Positions 37,050 to 49,701 are shown, counted from the first letter of the whole stretch. The stretch is DNA of 63,720 nt, filler included, from Folioceros fuciformis (GCA_049999805.1; 7 parts of 7 records of this genome joined end to end with filler, not necessarily neighbours in it), one strand, 5' to 3'. The notes: a model not told the origin generated them from the letters alone. Program-made: numbers and translations.

Positions 37050-39330
37050 TCCTGCGGCTCTACAGAATGATGGACATGGTACCATTCCCTTACAACAGTG
37101 TCTCTGAATTCAACCCTGGACATGATCTCGGTGGAACTATGGCAATTACCGCACATGCGTGGATTCTTCGTTACAAATAGAGGCGTGCCACTTGGGAGTG
37201 TTCAGGACACTAAACGACATAGCTAGCTGGCTTCTCAGCATGCCCACGAAACAAGTCTGCATTGTCCTCCTCAGACAGCGGATTTAACACCAGCTTTGTC
37301 TGTGGTACGTGGCCCCTTTCCTCCTTGAAACAGACATTTATTCTTGCTATCTTAGGTGAAATATCGTGTCTGTTTTCTCCCACCAAAAATGTATGTGCCT
37401 GTTGTTCACCTCAATGCGTGCCAACGCAGGTTTCTTGTTAGATCCTGCTACGATTCTCTGTGCTTCAGTCCTGTCCACATCTGTCCACCACCCTGCATCT
37501 GCATACACATTGGCCATGAGCACATATGGGAATGCCTCATAAGGCTTCAGAAGTATTCAGAAGACCGTTTGACTCTCTATATCCCCGTGACTTTTGCAAG
37601 CATTCAGCAAAGACCTCCACCCCACACCATAGTTTTGGCTCGGATGAGAAAAGGATCCGCTCTCGCTCTGCGTCATCTAAATGACCTGTACGAGCAAGAA
37701 AGTCAGTCATACACGTGTAGCGTTCTACAGTAGGTTCAATGCCATGTTGTTCAACCATGGCAAGTGTTTGCGTCGCTCATTCATCAGTCCCCCATCACCG
37801 AATGCAACCCAAAGGAAATTAAAAGGAGTACGCGAGGACGAAAACCAGCAACTAACATCTCCTCAAAACAAGCTAGTGCGTTGTGACCTTCGTTACAAGT
37901 ACCACACCCAGCTATCAGGGCATTCATTTGTCACCACATCCATTCCAAAAAGTTTCCAGGTGTGCCTCTTCCAGTTCTTCACATTTTGCATACGTGTCCA
38001 CCAGGTGATTGCCCAACAGTGTGTCACTTTCTGCGTCCTCCTTTCCACAATCTATGAATGCAGCTGGCTGCCCATCTGTTGGGCACCAGCGCTCGCAAAT
38101 GCCTTCAGAAAGCAAGCCAAATCAAACTTGGCAGCCAGAATCTGGCCCTCTTGCTCCCTTCATTCCGTACAGAACAACAGCCTCCTGGCCAAGCCTATGA
38201 TTTGCATACCCAGCTATAAAGACAGTCCATGTCACCACATCCTTTGTGGCCAAGGTGTCAAAACCTGGCGTGCATCTTCGAGTTCGCCACATTTTGCAAA
38301 AATGTCGGCCAGGGAGTTGCCAACAAACAAGTTATCCATCTGTGCTCTTCCCACAATCTGTGAGTGCAGCTGCCTACCCTCTAGCAAGCACCAGAGCTTA
38401 CAGAGGGCCGTCAGAGACCAAAATCACCAAAATCAGGCCCTCATGCTCCATTCGCCCATAGAGAGCAAGCGCTTCTTGACCGAGCCCATGATTTGCGGAA
38501 CAGGCTAACAGGGCGTTCCAGGTGACCACAGTCTTAGTGGCCAGACTGTCGAAAAGTCAACGTGCATCTTCCACTTTGTCCCATTTCGATTGCCCAGCTG
38601 TGAGGGCATTCCATTGACCACATTCCTTGTTGACAAAATGTCAAAAATCTCTCCACGTGCAACTTCCAGCTCATTTCACATACCCAGCTATCAGGCCATT
38701 CCATGTGACCACACTCCTTGTAGACAAACTGTGAAAAAACTCCGCGTGCATCTTCAATTTGCCCACATTTCGCATACACGTTCACCATGCAGCCGCCAAG
38801 AAAAGAATGAAGACGAGTGCCACTGTGCGATACATCCGAGTGCACTTATCTCTCAGATCCCAAGTCACAGGCAAACGCACCAACTTAAATGGCAGTTACA
38901 AAGATGTGGGAATTGGCCTCCACTCCTGATTTAAGCATCTCACTGTACAGTTTGAATGGCCTCATTATCTAGCATAGCCTCCCATATCTAGCATGCGCGG
39001 AGAAAATATGGAAAACCACATGAACGCATCTGGTTTGCTCACCCTGGTGAACACGTCCATGGCCCCTTGTAACCTACCTCCACATGTATACGTGCCCACC
39101 ACATGGGTTCCCAATAACGTGTTTGACTAGTACCCACGTTTGACAACAAGGTGATGAACTCTTCGCCCCACAACCAGACCTTCCTATCTGCACACAGTTT
39201 TAGCACGGCATAGAAGAGAAACGGAGAAATAGGACAGTCTGTCTGCACCAGAAATTCCAGGGCCCCAGCGGCCTCGGTAAGGTTCCCGTGCTGACATAAC
39301 GTGCTCACTGTTAAAGCCGACACTGCAGGT
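37050..39330 (-). pseudogene. Degenerate PLS PPR gene with DYW:KP domain
   Basis: Fragments across frames: LCQHGNLTEAAGALEFL, MVNVYAKCGQIEDARGVF, NHLVDTYAKC, HGIEPTVERYTCM, NKKPALARIEVNN (~37395-37438), GHAEK (~37232-37246), VTKNPRMCGNCH and YHVHH; many frameshifts and stops. Confidence 0.85.
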
Positions 39331-39759
39331 CTACCGGGCTCAGTTCATCAGGCTAGCAGCTGCACTTGGAAGGAGAAGCAGCTTATCCCCTCTGCATATA
39401 CAATGCAACGAGCTGTCCGTCCAGCCATGCAGGCTTGAAACGCTGTGCATCCACAAGACTTCGCCCGACTCCTTACGCCGGAAGTCAGGCGACCGGTGGC
39501 TCTTGTTACCTTGCCTGTAGTCCCAACACATAGTCGGGACCAGAATAATTCTCGCCACACCAGCTCTTGCTCTCCCCCCCTCCTGCCTCTGCTCCTCCTC
39601 CTGCTCCTGCTCCTGGCTAGATAGATCGTCTTGGAAAGCTGAGCCCCTTCCACTGCTGCGCCTGGAGCCGTACCAGTTTGCCAGCCCTCACAATGTGCAA
39701 CTCTGGGCCCCAATTCTTCAAAATGTACATGTAGGATTTGTGGTTTCGTAGGCTCATGG

Positions 39760-41490
39760 ATGGGTGTGACTGCAACTGGAGCTTATGCAAGGGCCCTCAC
39801 CACACTCGCTGGCCTAAAGGTCAAGATGGGAGAAGAGACAACTGAAGTCGTGAGTAGGCTATGTCAGGAGGGCCATCTCCTTGAAGCTGTTGAGGCTCTG
39901 GAGGTCCTGTTTGAGGCAAACCGTTGTGTCCCCAAGACACTATTTTGCAGAGTCTTGAAGAAATGTGCAGCGAAGAAAGACGTGGTGCTGAGTAGCCGCG
40001 TCCATGTTCTCACGGTGCGGAAGCGTACCAATCAGATACGTTCATAGGCTTCCACATGTTGCGTATGTATGCTTCTCACGGCAGGTTGCAAGACGCGATG
40101 GATGTGTTCGAGGAATTTTCTGAGCCAGATGCCTTCACTTGGTCTGCCATAATTTCTGCCCATGCCAAACACGGACGAGGAAGGCAGGCCATACGACTGT
40201 ATCATCGGATGCGCACGTCCAGTGTGAAACCCGATGGCCACGTGTTTGTGACGGCCCTTCAGCTTGTGCAATGGGATTAGACCTGGAAACCGGGCGGCGG
40301 GTGCACGCTGATGTAGTGGCCAGTGGCGTGAAGCCTGATTTGTTCGTTTGGAGTTGCTTGGTGGACATGTATGCGAAGTGGGGGATGCCCAGGGAGTGTT
40401 TGATCGAGTTCGTCGAAAAAACATGGTGACGTGGAAGCCATGATTGCAGGGTATTCTCAGCATGGCATGGGGCCGCAAGCCCTTGATCTCTACAGAGCTA
40501 TGCAGGAGGAAGGTATAGTTGCACCTGACACACTGTTACATTTGTGAGCCTCCTGCATGCATGTGCAGCTATGGGCAGCCCAGCTGTAGAGAAGGGTAAG
40601 GAGCTTTATGTTCAAATTAGAGAACGAGGGCTGCAAGCTGATGTGTTCCTGTCCAGCAGTTTGGTGAACATGTATTCAAAATGTGGCGGATTGGAGGACG
40701 CCCTGACAGTGTTTGGCACACTTCCGCAAAAATTGTGGTGACATGGAATGCTATAATAGCAGGGTACTCCCAGCAGGGCATGGGACAGGAAGCCCTTCGG
40801 GTTCACAGAACCATGAAAGGAGAGGGCATGACTGCACCCGATCGTGTGACATTCGTGTGCCTCCTGCGGGCGTGTGGAAGTATGCGTACCCCGGCATTGG
40901 AGACGGGAAAGCAGCAGGAAGTGGAGCAACATGGAGGTGGGACTCCATGCTTTCAATGAAGCAGTCAAGCTGGAGAAGAACGATCCTGCTCCATCTATGT
41001 TGATGTCAAACATATACAGAGCCAGCCAGATGTGGGAACATGCAGAGAAGATGCAGGCCAGGAGAAAGAGAATGAGGGCATGGAAGCAGCCTGGTCAAAG
41101 CTGGTAGACAGACAAGGACGGATTGGTGCATAGCTTTTCTGTCGGTGAGGAGAAGCATCGAGAGATTCAAGCCAGGACAGAGCAGGTGTCACCCAAACTG
41201 GACAAAGGTTGTGATCCATCACCATTGGGCTTGTCACCAGCAGATAAACTGAACGACACAAAGGTACAACATTTTTGCCGAGACAGCAGGAAGCTGACCA
41301 TCACACATTCCGTGGACGACACATCAGAAGGGACCCCACTCATCCCATTTCAATATTGTCGGATCTTCATTGGTTCCCGCAACGCCACCACCATATCCGC
41401 CACCACTGAGAATCACGTCATGATGTCCAGTGATGCACGTTGGGTACGTGGATCCAAACAGCACGATCTTTTCCGCCGAGGACTCACCAG
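39760..41490 (+). pseudogene. Degenerate PLS PPR gene with DYW:WW-type domain
   Basis: LCQEGHLLEAVEAL, LRMYASHGRL, LVDMYAKWG and LVNMYSKCGGLEDA lie in different frames; KQPGQSW*TDKDGLVHSF (TAG where TGG is expected) and eroded CRDSRKLTI...TSEGTPL. Confidence 0.85.
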
Positions 41491-41718
41491 TCTTGGGTTC
41501 CCTGCTTCTCGTGTATTTAAATACGCTGATAAAATTCCATTTATCCTTTCCAGTCTACCGTACTGTTATTCAACAAAAATGGCCTGAACTGTACATACAA
41601 GTCCAACCGTTGCAGCCATCCAACAACTGTTTGACCTCAAAAAAGATTTGATGCAAAAATTTTATCACTTAAAAAAAACAATTGGTCTATGTGGAATATG
41701 CAATGCCACGTACAGTAC

Positions 41719-41818
41719 NNNNNNNNNNNNNNNNNNNNNNNNNNNNNNNNNNNNNNNNNNNNTTAATTAATTAANNNNNNNNNNNNNNNNNNNNNNNNNN
41801 NNNNNNNNNNNNNNNNNN
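41719..41818. other. Artificial gap spacer 3
   Basis: 44 N + TTAATTAATTAA + 44 N. Confidence 0.98.
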
Positions 41819-41894
41819 GCCCGACGCCATCCCGCTCTCTCACTCGCTCTCACCGCTGGAAGCCGGCGAGCAGAAAGGCAAGAGCCAAATCCAA

Positions 41895-42395
41895 GACCTC
41901 CCTTCCTTCCTTCCTTCTTCCTTCCGTCCCTCCCTCCCTCCTTCCTTCCCTCTGTCTTACTGCCTGCCAGCCTCTCTTCTTCCAGCTCTGGGATGATGGC
42001 CAGCACTTACCAGGAGCCGCCAGGGTTTAAGGGGGAGTGGCGGGGGCTCGTAATTTGACGCCGCCACTCCCCGTGCCACGTGGCACCCCTTTAACTCTCC
42101 GGGGGCGGGGCCGGTTACGGCCCTTTTGCATGGGTCGTGAGTCCTGATGATGTCCTCGCTCCGCTCGGGCCCAGGCTCCAGCACTCCACGCGGGGATGAA
42201 GGCCAGGGCCGGGGCCGGGGCCGGGGCCGGGGCCCAGCGGCCTCGCCACCCAGCCTTACCCGCCCCCCGTGTAGCCGTAGGCCTTAACGGGCCTAACTGC
42301 CCTTGCCAGCGGCTCAAATGCTTACACCTCATCTCCTCATCATCGTCCAGTCGCTCCGGTTCCTGTTCTCTCGCTCGCTCGCTCGCTCGCTGCAT
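41895..42395. repeat. Low-complexity region with (CCTT)n/(CCCT)n, (GGGGCC)n and (TCGC)n tracts
   Basis: Read directly at about 41898-41952, 42205-42236 and 42370-42391. Confidence 0.75.
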
Positions 42396-43048
42396 GCCAA
42401 GCCCATTTTCTTGTCTTGTTTGTTGCATTCTATTATTCTCCCATCGCTCCCCTGTGCTCCAGTAGGTAGCCCGGCGAGGCGGCAAGCAACCCCCTCAACC
42501 GCACCTTCCTAACATTACGATTGGTGTCATGGCGCTGTTACAAGCTCCGCTCCCCTGGTGTCTTCGCATCGCCCGGATTCGGTTGGTTAGCGTCAGCTGC
42601 GGCCATAGCCTACCCGTCGCAAGGACGCCCGTAGAAGAACAAGGTCTTGTTCTGTATCTGGAACCCCTACGGTCCAGCAAAGACGATCCCTTTCTTCCTT
42701 CTCCATCTTGCTTTGGGTTTCCGGGGTCGGCCGAGGCTGGGGAATGATGTTTAGGGTTGGGGCTGGAAAGCTTTTCCTTTTCCCGTCACAAGAAGCAGCT
42801 TTGTTATGGCAAGCCTTGCACTGATAACCTTTTCTCATTCTGGTTGCATCGCTTGAGGTTCAACTCCTGAATTATCTTGTAACGTATAATTATTTTTATT
42901 ATTCTATAATAGTCTGCATACAACTCTTGATTATTTTCATCTACTACAGTGGTTACATGTTGGATCTTGTTTTTTTCCAAAACCCTTTGCTGCTCACAAG
43001 TTGGAAACCCAAAACTTTAAACCCTAAACCCTATATTTTAAATCCTAC

Positions 43049-43431
43049 ACCCATCTCTCTCTAAAACAGAGGACCCATGAGGGCAGCTTAAACCCTAAAT
43101 CAATTAGCATCTACCTCTAAAGAAATGTAAACAACCCAGCTAGACCCATCTCTCTCTAAAACAGAAGACCCATAAGGGCAGCTTAAACCCTAAATCAATT
43201 GGCATCTACCTCTAAAAGAAAGGTGAACAACCCAACTAGACCCATCTCTCTCTAAAACAGAGGACCCGTAAGGGCAGCTTAAACCCTAAGTCAATTAGCA
43301 TCTACCTCTAAAAGAAAGGTGAACAACCCATCTAGACCCATCTCTCTCTAAAACAGAGGACCCCTAAGGGCAGCTTAAACCCTAAATCAATTGGCATCTA
43401 CCTCTAAAAGAAAGGTGAACAACCCAACTAG
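43049..43431. repeat. 95-96 bp tandem repeat, 4 copies, each containing AAACCCTAA
   Basis: ACCCATCTCTCTCTAAAACAGAGGACCC..AAGGGCAGCTTAAACCCTAA... starts at about 43049, 43144, 43240 and 43336. Confidence 0.93.
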
Positions 43432-43934
43432 GGCATCCAAACTAGGGGGCTAGCCTCTCCATGCCTCAAAAAATAGCATGGTTTGGTTTGTGGTTCAAGA
43501 TGAGGATATATGGATAAAATCTAGCACTCGGAGTGATGGACGATCTCTTGCCACCTACATCTCCCTTGCCCAAGGTCCTGCCCAGGGTTTAAAATATTTA
43601 AAATATTAGTATATTAAAATATTTTATATTTAAAAAATATTTATCAAATAAAATATTATTTTCAATAAAAGTTTACCAAATCGGTTCGTTTACTGCAGTA
43701 CTTGTAAAGTGACGACGTTAATTGTCTGATAGCTGAAGTCAAATGTAGACAAATATAGCGATTCGATTCTTCAGCGAATTCATGCACCGTTGAATGCGTC
43801 GCAATGCCAATAGCAGTTAGACACAAATCACAAGTTCTGCCTTATAACAAAGACAAGCTGGGCGGCAGTAACAAATCCTATGGACAAGCCGAACAGGCCG
43901 AGGAGGCGGTACGTACCGTTGGCTCCACCGGATG

Positions 43935-44410
43935 CTGGCCTTCTCCAGATTCACAGCTGCAGTGTTGAATCCACCCGCGATTGCCAGGAGCAGAGCGAAT
44001 GCCCTTAAGGGCAGCCGGGGCGGGGAAGGTGGGCAGCGTGAAGGTGTGGATTCTGGAGAATATGGAGCCGATGAGACATGGATGGCTACCCACGGGCCGG
44101 GCGAGGTCGAGGTCGCGAATCGGAGATCCAGAGAGTAGCACGGGCAGGAAGATGAATTGAGTGCAGGGCTCGAAGGCGGCAGCAGCAGCGCGGCTTGGAT
44201 CGGCGGCGTTGATCACTGCGAGCCGCGCCTGCTGCGCCGAAAGTGGACTGGGAGCAGGGAGGCTCGGCTGCTCTTTTATCATACATTTCGACTCGGCAGG
44301 AAGGAAGACAGTCCCGAGCGCATAGATCTGGCTTCGTCGACCTCCGCGTGGGGTCCAGGCTGGGTGCCGACCAGGAGAGAATCAGACTTCTGTCGCTGAT
44401 CCTGATTCTA
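43935..44410 (-). pseudogene. Truncated diverged copy of the PR-1 upstream region and signal-peptide coding start
   Basis: Collinear similarity to about 33485-33990 (GATTGCCAGGAGCAG, GTGTGGATTCTGGA, GCAGGGAGGCTCGGCTGCT, GCGCATAGATCTG); the ATG-containing segment is deleted and no CAP domain follows. Confidence 0.8.
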
Positions 44411-45351
44411 CCTGACCCCGAAACAGCCAATCGTAAGGGACAGAGCCGACCAAGTTGTCCTGGATTACGATTACCGAAAGACAGAAGGAATGTACGGCTG
44501 ACGTCGATGACTGTCCGAGACTACTCAACACGTCTCCCGAAAGGAACATCTTCTGGCTCAACCGAATCGACAACTTTTTTGATCGTCCAAGGTGGCAGAA
44601 GCACGGTGAGACACACCTTGTTCAGCCGTGAATTGGATGAAGGATGTGTACAGCTGGGCAGCGGGACATTCTCGAGAGGGGGCGAGGGTGAAGATGGTTT
44701 AGGGTGTGATCTTACCAAGCATTCAGGTGTTTTTTGGTACCGGGTTGGGAAGAGGAGGTCGCTACAATGCGAGGCATATCAAACCGCTAAGGATCCTACT
44801 CTGTTGGTTCGGGGCCCATAACCTTGTGCTGTTTCCTTGCCCCACCCTCATCCCTGTTAGGGTTCTTCATAATCAGGGTAGGCGATGGCAATTCGAGGGA
44901 GAAATTCCCAAGGAGACAACCAATGTTGGGCCTTGCGAGTGGCCTGGCACCAGGGATTCCCCCCGGGTACAGATTCCTACAATAATTTGAGAATGGTGGT
45001 CTGGTGGCCTGAGCGACGAGGACGGAACTCTCCATCCCACATACCACCAGTCAATAGTCCAGAGGGATATCTACTGCCAGCTGCTACCCAGTTCCTCCAA
45101 GGCTTCACCTCTTCAGACATGCGCAGCAGGTGGTTTCGAAGATGTTATGAATCAATTCCAAGAATCTCCTCGACCCCAATGGGTTGCTTGGCGATTCCTC
45201 CAGGCCACCCTCCACAGTAGGGGCCATCTCTCGCACCGCAACAATTGACCAACCCCTTTCTTTGCCTGGAAGCCATTCTCACCTTGTCTGGCATTTTCCA
45301 TTGCCCATTAAATTTCGAGTCAAGTCTTTTTTCTCAAGTGCAGCCGTGAAG

Positions 45352-45366
45352 CTATATAAACCCTAA
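45352..45366 (+). promoter_or_regulatory. TATA box overlapping a telo-box upstream of UTP23
   Basis: CTATATAAACCCTAA about 60-75 bp before the ATG. Confidence 0.6.
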
Positions 45367-45426
45367 ACGCTATCTTAGGCCAGGGAATCTTGTCTTGGTT
45401 GAGCCGGCCTAAACGAGGTGGTGAAA

Positions 45427-46709
45427 ATGAGGGTGAAGAAGCGCAAACAGGTGCGCCGGACAGTGCGTTTCTACAAGGCTTGCTTAGGCTTCAGAGAACC
45501 TTTCCGGGTGCTGTGTGATGGCACTTTCTTGCACTATGTTGTGCAAGAGCGCCTTGGGGAGCTCACTGACCTCTTCACCGCGTTGCTGGGATGTGCAACT
45601 AGAATTTTTGTGACCAGGTAATATGCTGATGTTGATTGTAGCACATGGCTTGGATTGATATTGCGTGCTGACTCCTGCTGTTTCCAACCAGTTGCGTCAC
45701 TGCTGAGTTGAAGAGTCTGGGAAAGGACTACTCTGCGACTGTTTTAGCGGCAAGGAAGCACGCTCTTGCACAGTATGTGGGAAATGTCCTCACCTGGGTT
45801 GGTTGATGAGGTTTTTATCAGTTTAGGTTATTGCAGAAACTCTGTTTGAATTATCGCAATTTCACGTGGTCACAGTTGCAACCATGAAAGCCCAAAGCCT
45901 GCAGCCGAATGTCTGGAGGACATGGTTGGCACCAACAATTCCGAACATTACTTCGTTGCCAGTCAAGATTTGGAGCTCAGGAAGAAACTTCGAAAGGTCT
46001 GTATTTCGTCATATGACTACGTAGTCTTGGACAAATGTTTGTGTAGTGAGACTGACAAGTCTGAAATTCAATTGCTGCTTGCAGGTTGATGGTGGAGCAC
46101 TTCTCTTTGCAAAGATGAAGCATCTGGTGATTGAGCCACCGTCTGAGACGCAACGAGAGCTTGTGCGTCGACTTGAGGCAAGCCGAGCGCACTTGAAAAC
46201 ATCAGAGATCAAACTCCTGGAAGCTAGAGAAGAAGATAAGGTTGGCAGTGGTGATTCCGAGTCTCGTACTGTTTCTGCCGGCACAAGGCCAAAGTTCCCT
46301 CAGGACAAGCCTCGCTTTAAGCGAAAGATGGCGAAGGTACGGGTTACTCCCCCTTTTTTGTCTGCACATCTTGCGAGGCTTAAACGAAGGAACAGTGTCA
46401 CAGATTGACCATGTCTTCTGGATGTTTTCAGGGTCCTAATCCCCTCTCTTGCAAGAAGAAACAGAGCGAAACAAAGAAGCGGAAGAGAGCAGATAGTGAG
46501 GTTCCGGTCTTCAGCACGGTAAGCACCTCCTCTTCGCTCCTGCTCACCGTCTCTCAGCTTTAAGACCCCCCGTTAAGACCGAATATTCCATTTTTTCTCA
46601 GGGTGAATCTCAAGGCGAGCCTGAGAAGAAGCGATCCAGGAAGCGAGGGAGGCACCGGGGGAAGTCAAAGCTAAAGCAAAGTTCCGCGCAGGAGAACGCA
46701 GAAGGCTGA
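45427..46709 (+). CDS. UTP23: rRNA-processing protein UTP23 (Fcf1/PIN family), multi-exon
   Basis: MRVKKRKQVRRTVRFYKACLGFREPFRVLCDGTF, CNHE..PAAECL, HYFVASQDLELRKKLRK, GPNPLSCKKK and a basic tail ending ENAEG*. Confidence 0.92.
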
Positions 46710-46852
46710 TTAGCCAGTGAGGCACCGGGGGAAGTCAAAGCAAACAGCAAAGTTCCGTGCAGAAGAAGGCAGAAGGCTGATTAGCGAGTGAGGCACCGGG
46801 GGAAGTCAAAGTAATAGCAAAGTCCCGAGTACGAGAACGCAGAAGGCTGATT
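46649..46852. repeat. About 70-bp tandem repeat, 3 copies, spanning the UTP23 stop codon
   Basis: GAGGCACCGGGGGAAGTCAAAG...GCAGAAGGCTGATT starts at 46649, 46719 and 46790. Confidence 0.9.
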
Positions 46853-47939
46853 TCGAGATATCTACAGGGGTTCTCTTTGGGAGTTGTAGACACCAGAACG
46901 CAAGGGAGTCTCTTCATACGTTTAAAGCTTACAGAAGCGATCTGCTGTCTCTGTGCATGCAGTCAGGTGCAGGATCCTGTACCTATGGCCACGCACAACT
47001 TTCTGAGAGATAACTGACCAAAATATGCTGGTAGTTGCAAGAAACCGCGGCCCGTAGCTTCAGGACTGCAACACTGTGATTTTTGTGAGGATCAGAAGTT
47101 GCAGAATGAGACTGTGAACAGTGTGTCATTAAAGCTTGAGCTTGTTCTAGATATGGGCTTAACTGCCCTAGGCCAAGAATCCCCTCTAGCCCCGTGAGCG
47201 GGATGCTGTCGGTCCCGTCCTTGCTATTCTTCCAGGGTTTCTTATTTTATTAATTAATTTAATTAATTTAAATATTTTTATTTAATAATATTATACTTTC
47301 TACTATTAAAAAGGTAACATAAACTATTTACAGCTAAGACCCAGTTTCACGCCCGTTTGTGGAACTCCCGAAAGGGTACCTCCGTATTAAAACCTGTTGG
47401 GTTTCCTATGGGCAGTGATAGAATAATAGATTCTATTATTATGTTGGGTTTTATGGTAATGTATAGCTTAAGATCTACATTCTATGTACTATATTAGTGT
47501 AGTCTTCCTAAGCTTATAATATGGAGCTTCATTATTATGCTATATGCTTATCACTCTAGTCTTGTTACTGCACATGGTGAGCCTTATTTGAGGCTCTCTA
47601 TTGTTATTGCTTAATAGGAGGGTGTATGTTGTTATCGCTCCTATGAAGAGCACTCCTATCATAAAGCTCATGTGCTTATGTGATTCCGATATAATAGTAG
47701 GCAGCTCCCATTTCTTGGGGTTGTATTTCGAGCTAGGGCATTGATTAGTATTTGAGGGATACTATTTATCAATTAGTTTCTTCATGTTTGCAACAAGTTG
47801 AGCATAGGACCTCCCAAATGCTAATCAATGTCATTGTCCTACCAAAGCTCCCTAAGCACCACCATCTGCAATGATCGCATGAATGATTTCAAGTGCTTAG
47901 ACCACTAACATATACCACGTTCAGCCTCACGACTCTCCA

Positions 47940-47994
47940 CACACCCCTATCAAAGACAAAATCAACACACCCCTATCAAAGACAAAATCAACAC
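47940..47994. repeat. 26-bp direct duplication (ACACACCCCTATCAAAGACAAAATCA)
   Basis: Read directly from the sequence. Confidence 0.8.
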
Positions 47995-48339
47995 TTGACT
48001 CTTAGGCCAATTTCACCACCTAGCTAGGTGCTTCACGAAAACAAATTTTACCACTTAGCTCGGAAAGCACTCCTACCTTTCGGTCAATATGTCCATCAAC
48101 CCCTTTTGCTATCCTTAACGACACCAAGCTTCACATGGAGGGTCAACTTGAGAACCTTACCAAGATGGTGTCCAGGATCAAATTAGATTACACATGTACT
48201 TGCACCATGTAGTCATTGCCTATAGCTACACTTAAACACAATCTTAGGAAACATGCTTGATTTGCTTTCCTTGCATGGAGCAAAGCAAATACAGTTAGTC
48301 TTCATCCATGCCGCTCATGGCATCTTCCTCTACATCTAG

Positions 48340-48640
48340 CACCATAAAAATTGACTTACATGTCAAGAACACATTCAATGGCACATATTATGAAATTTGG
48401 AAAATGTGGGTTATCATCAAGAACACATTCAATAGCACACATTATGAAATTTGGCAAATGTGGGTTATCTCAATCCTAAAGGACAGTGAGTTAATGGGAG
48501 TCATTGATGGCTCCAAAGCTGACCCTTCACTTGCAACACACCTAGTAGCTGCTGAGATACTTACTTATCAAAAGAAGCATAGGAAAGCTTATACCATCCT
48601 CATCTCTTTCCTAAACAAGATCATGCTACAACACACATAA
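48340..48640 (+). mobile_element. Copia-type gag N-terminal remnant with internal duplication
   Basis: FNGTYYEIWKMWV (duplicated) ...ILKDSELMGVIDGS...KAYTILI resembles the copia gag pattern F.G.NY..W....L....L.G.IDG. Confidence 0.65.
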
Positions 48641-48799
48641 TATGATGAATACAATATGAAACTTTTACAGCTTGCATATGAAAGACTTTGAGTTAGTGGA
48701 GCACTCCTTTTTCTTTACCCACAACCATTGTAATTTTACAATCTTCCACTTCTGCTATTGCCTCATATTCTCTACATCGTTTGACTCCTGATGCCCTTG

Positions 48800-49601
48800 C
48801 AATTTAATGCCCTTGCAATTTACACTGATGGTTCTCTTTTGAATGGTCATGCCGGAGGCGCGGCTATTTTCTACTTCAAAGGGGATATTGTCCATCAATT
48901 ATTATTTGGTTTAGAAACATACTACGAGGTTTATGAGGCAGAACTCCTCTCTGTGGTCAAAGCAATTTCATGCCTACCCACCCTCTTTGCTTCCATCCCC
49001 AAGATTTCGTCAGTTACAATTTTCATTGATAATCAAGCAGCTATCATGTCTTTAACGGACACTTCAGCTCGCCCAGCCCAACCCATATCTCTCCAAGCTA
49101 GGACATCTCTCCATGCCTTCTCGGTAGCTCATCCAGAGGTTTCCCTTAAATCTCCACTGGATTGTGCGCCATCATAATATAGTTGGTAATGAGCATGCAT
49201 ATGTAACCGCCAAGGCTGCCACACTTCTTCCCATTTCCAACGAAGACTGCATCCTATCTGTGTCTAAAGCTCGCCAGCAAATTCATGCTGCAAGTCTACA
49301 GGAGTGGCGTTTACGACGGGTTTCCTCATCTAAGGCTTCTACGCTTAAGAGGGTGGTGCTTGGTAGCCCTTCGGCCTCGGTGGTACAACACCTTGGTCCC
49401 CATGACCATAAGCTCTCATCATTTCTCACCTAGCTTCGGATTGGGCATATGGCTATTAGGGCTTACTTTAGGAGATTCAACATTGCAGAGGATCCATTTT
49501 GTCGAAAATGCATGTCTTCAGAAGAAACTCGTCACCACATCCTTGGCCAGTGTATGGCCACTCGCAACACTTGGATCCAGATGTTTCAAGGCTCTTACTA
49601 C
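48800..49601 (+). mobile_element. Decayed non-LTR retrotransposon ORF2 3' part: RNase H plus CCHC knuckle
   Basis: IYTDGS, EVYEAEL, IFIDNQAAI, H.NIVGNEHA..AK, then CRKC...EETRHHILGQC; frameshift near 49150 and in-frame stop at 49431. Confidence 0.85.
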
Positions 49602-49701
49602 NNNNNNNNNNNNNNNNNNNNNNNNNNNNNNNNNNNNNNNNNNNNTTAATTAATTAANNNNNNNNNNNNNNNNNNNNNNNNNNNNNNNNNNNNNNNNNNN
49701 N
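49602..49701. other. Artificial gap spacer 4
   Basis: 44 N + TTAATTAATTAA + 44 N. Confidence 0.98.

Noticed and set aside
36494..37107. Plus-strand ORFs between the kinase gene and the KP pseudogene
   Set aside because: No recognisable domain, non-ATG start for the longer one, and partial overlap with the pseudogene end.
47160..47420. Possible Helitron or MITE terminus (CTAG, GC-rich stem, AT-rich tract), with a similar pattern near 28440-28570
   Set aside because: No convincing hairpin, terminal inverted repeat or target-site duplication could be defined.
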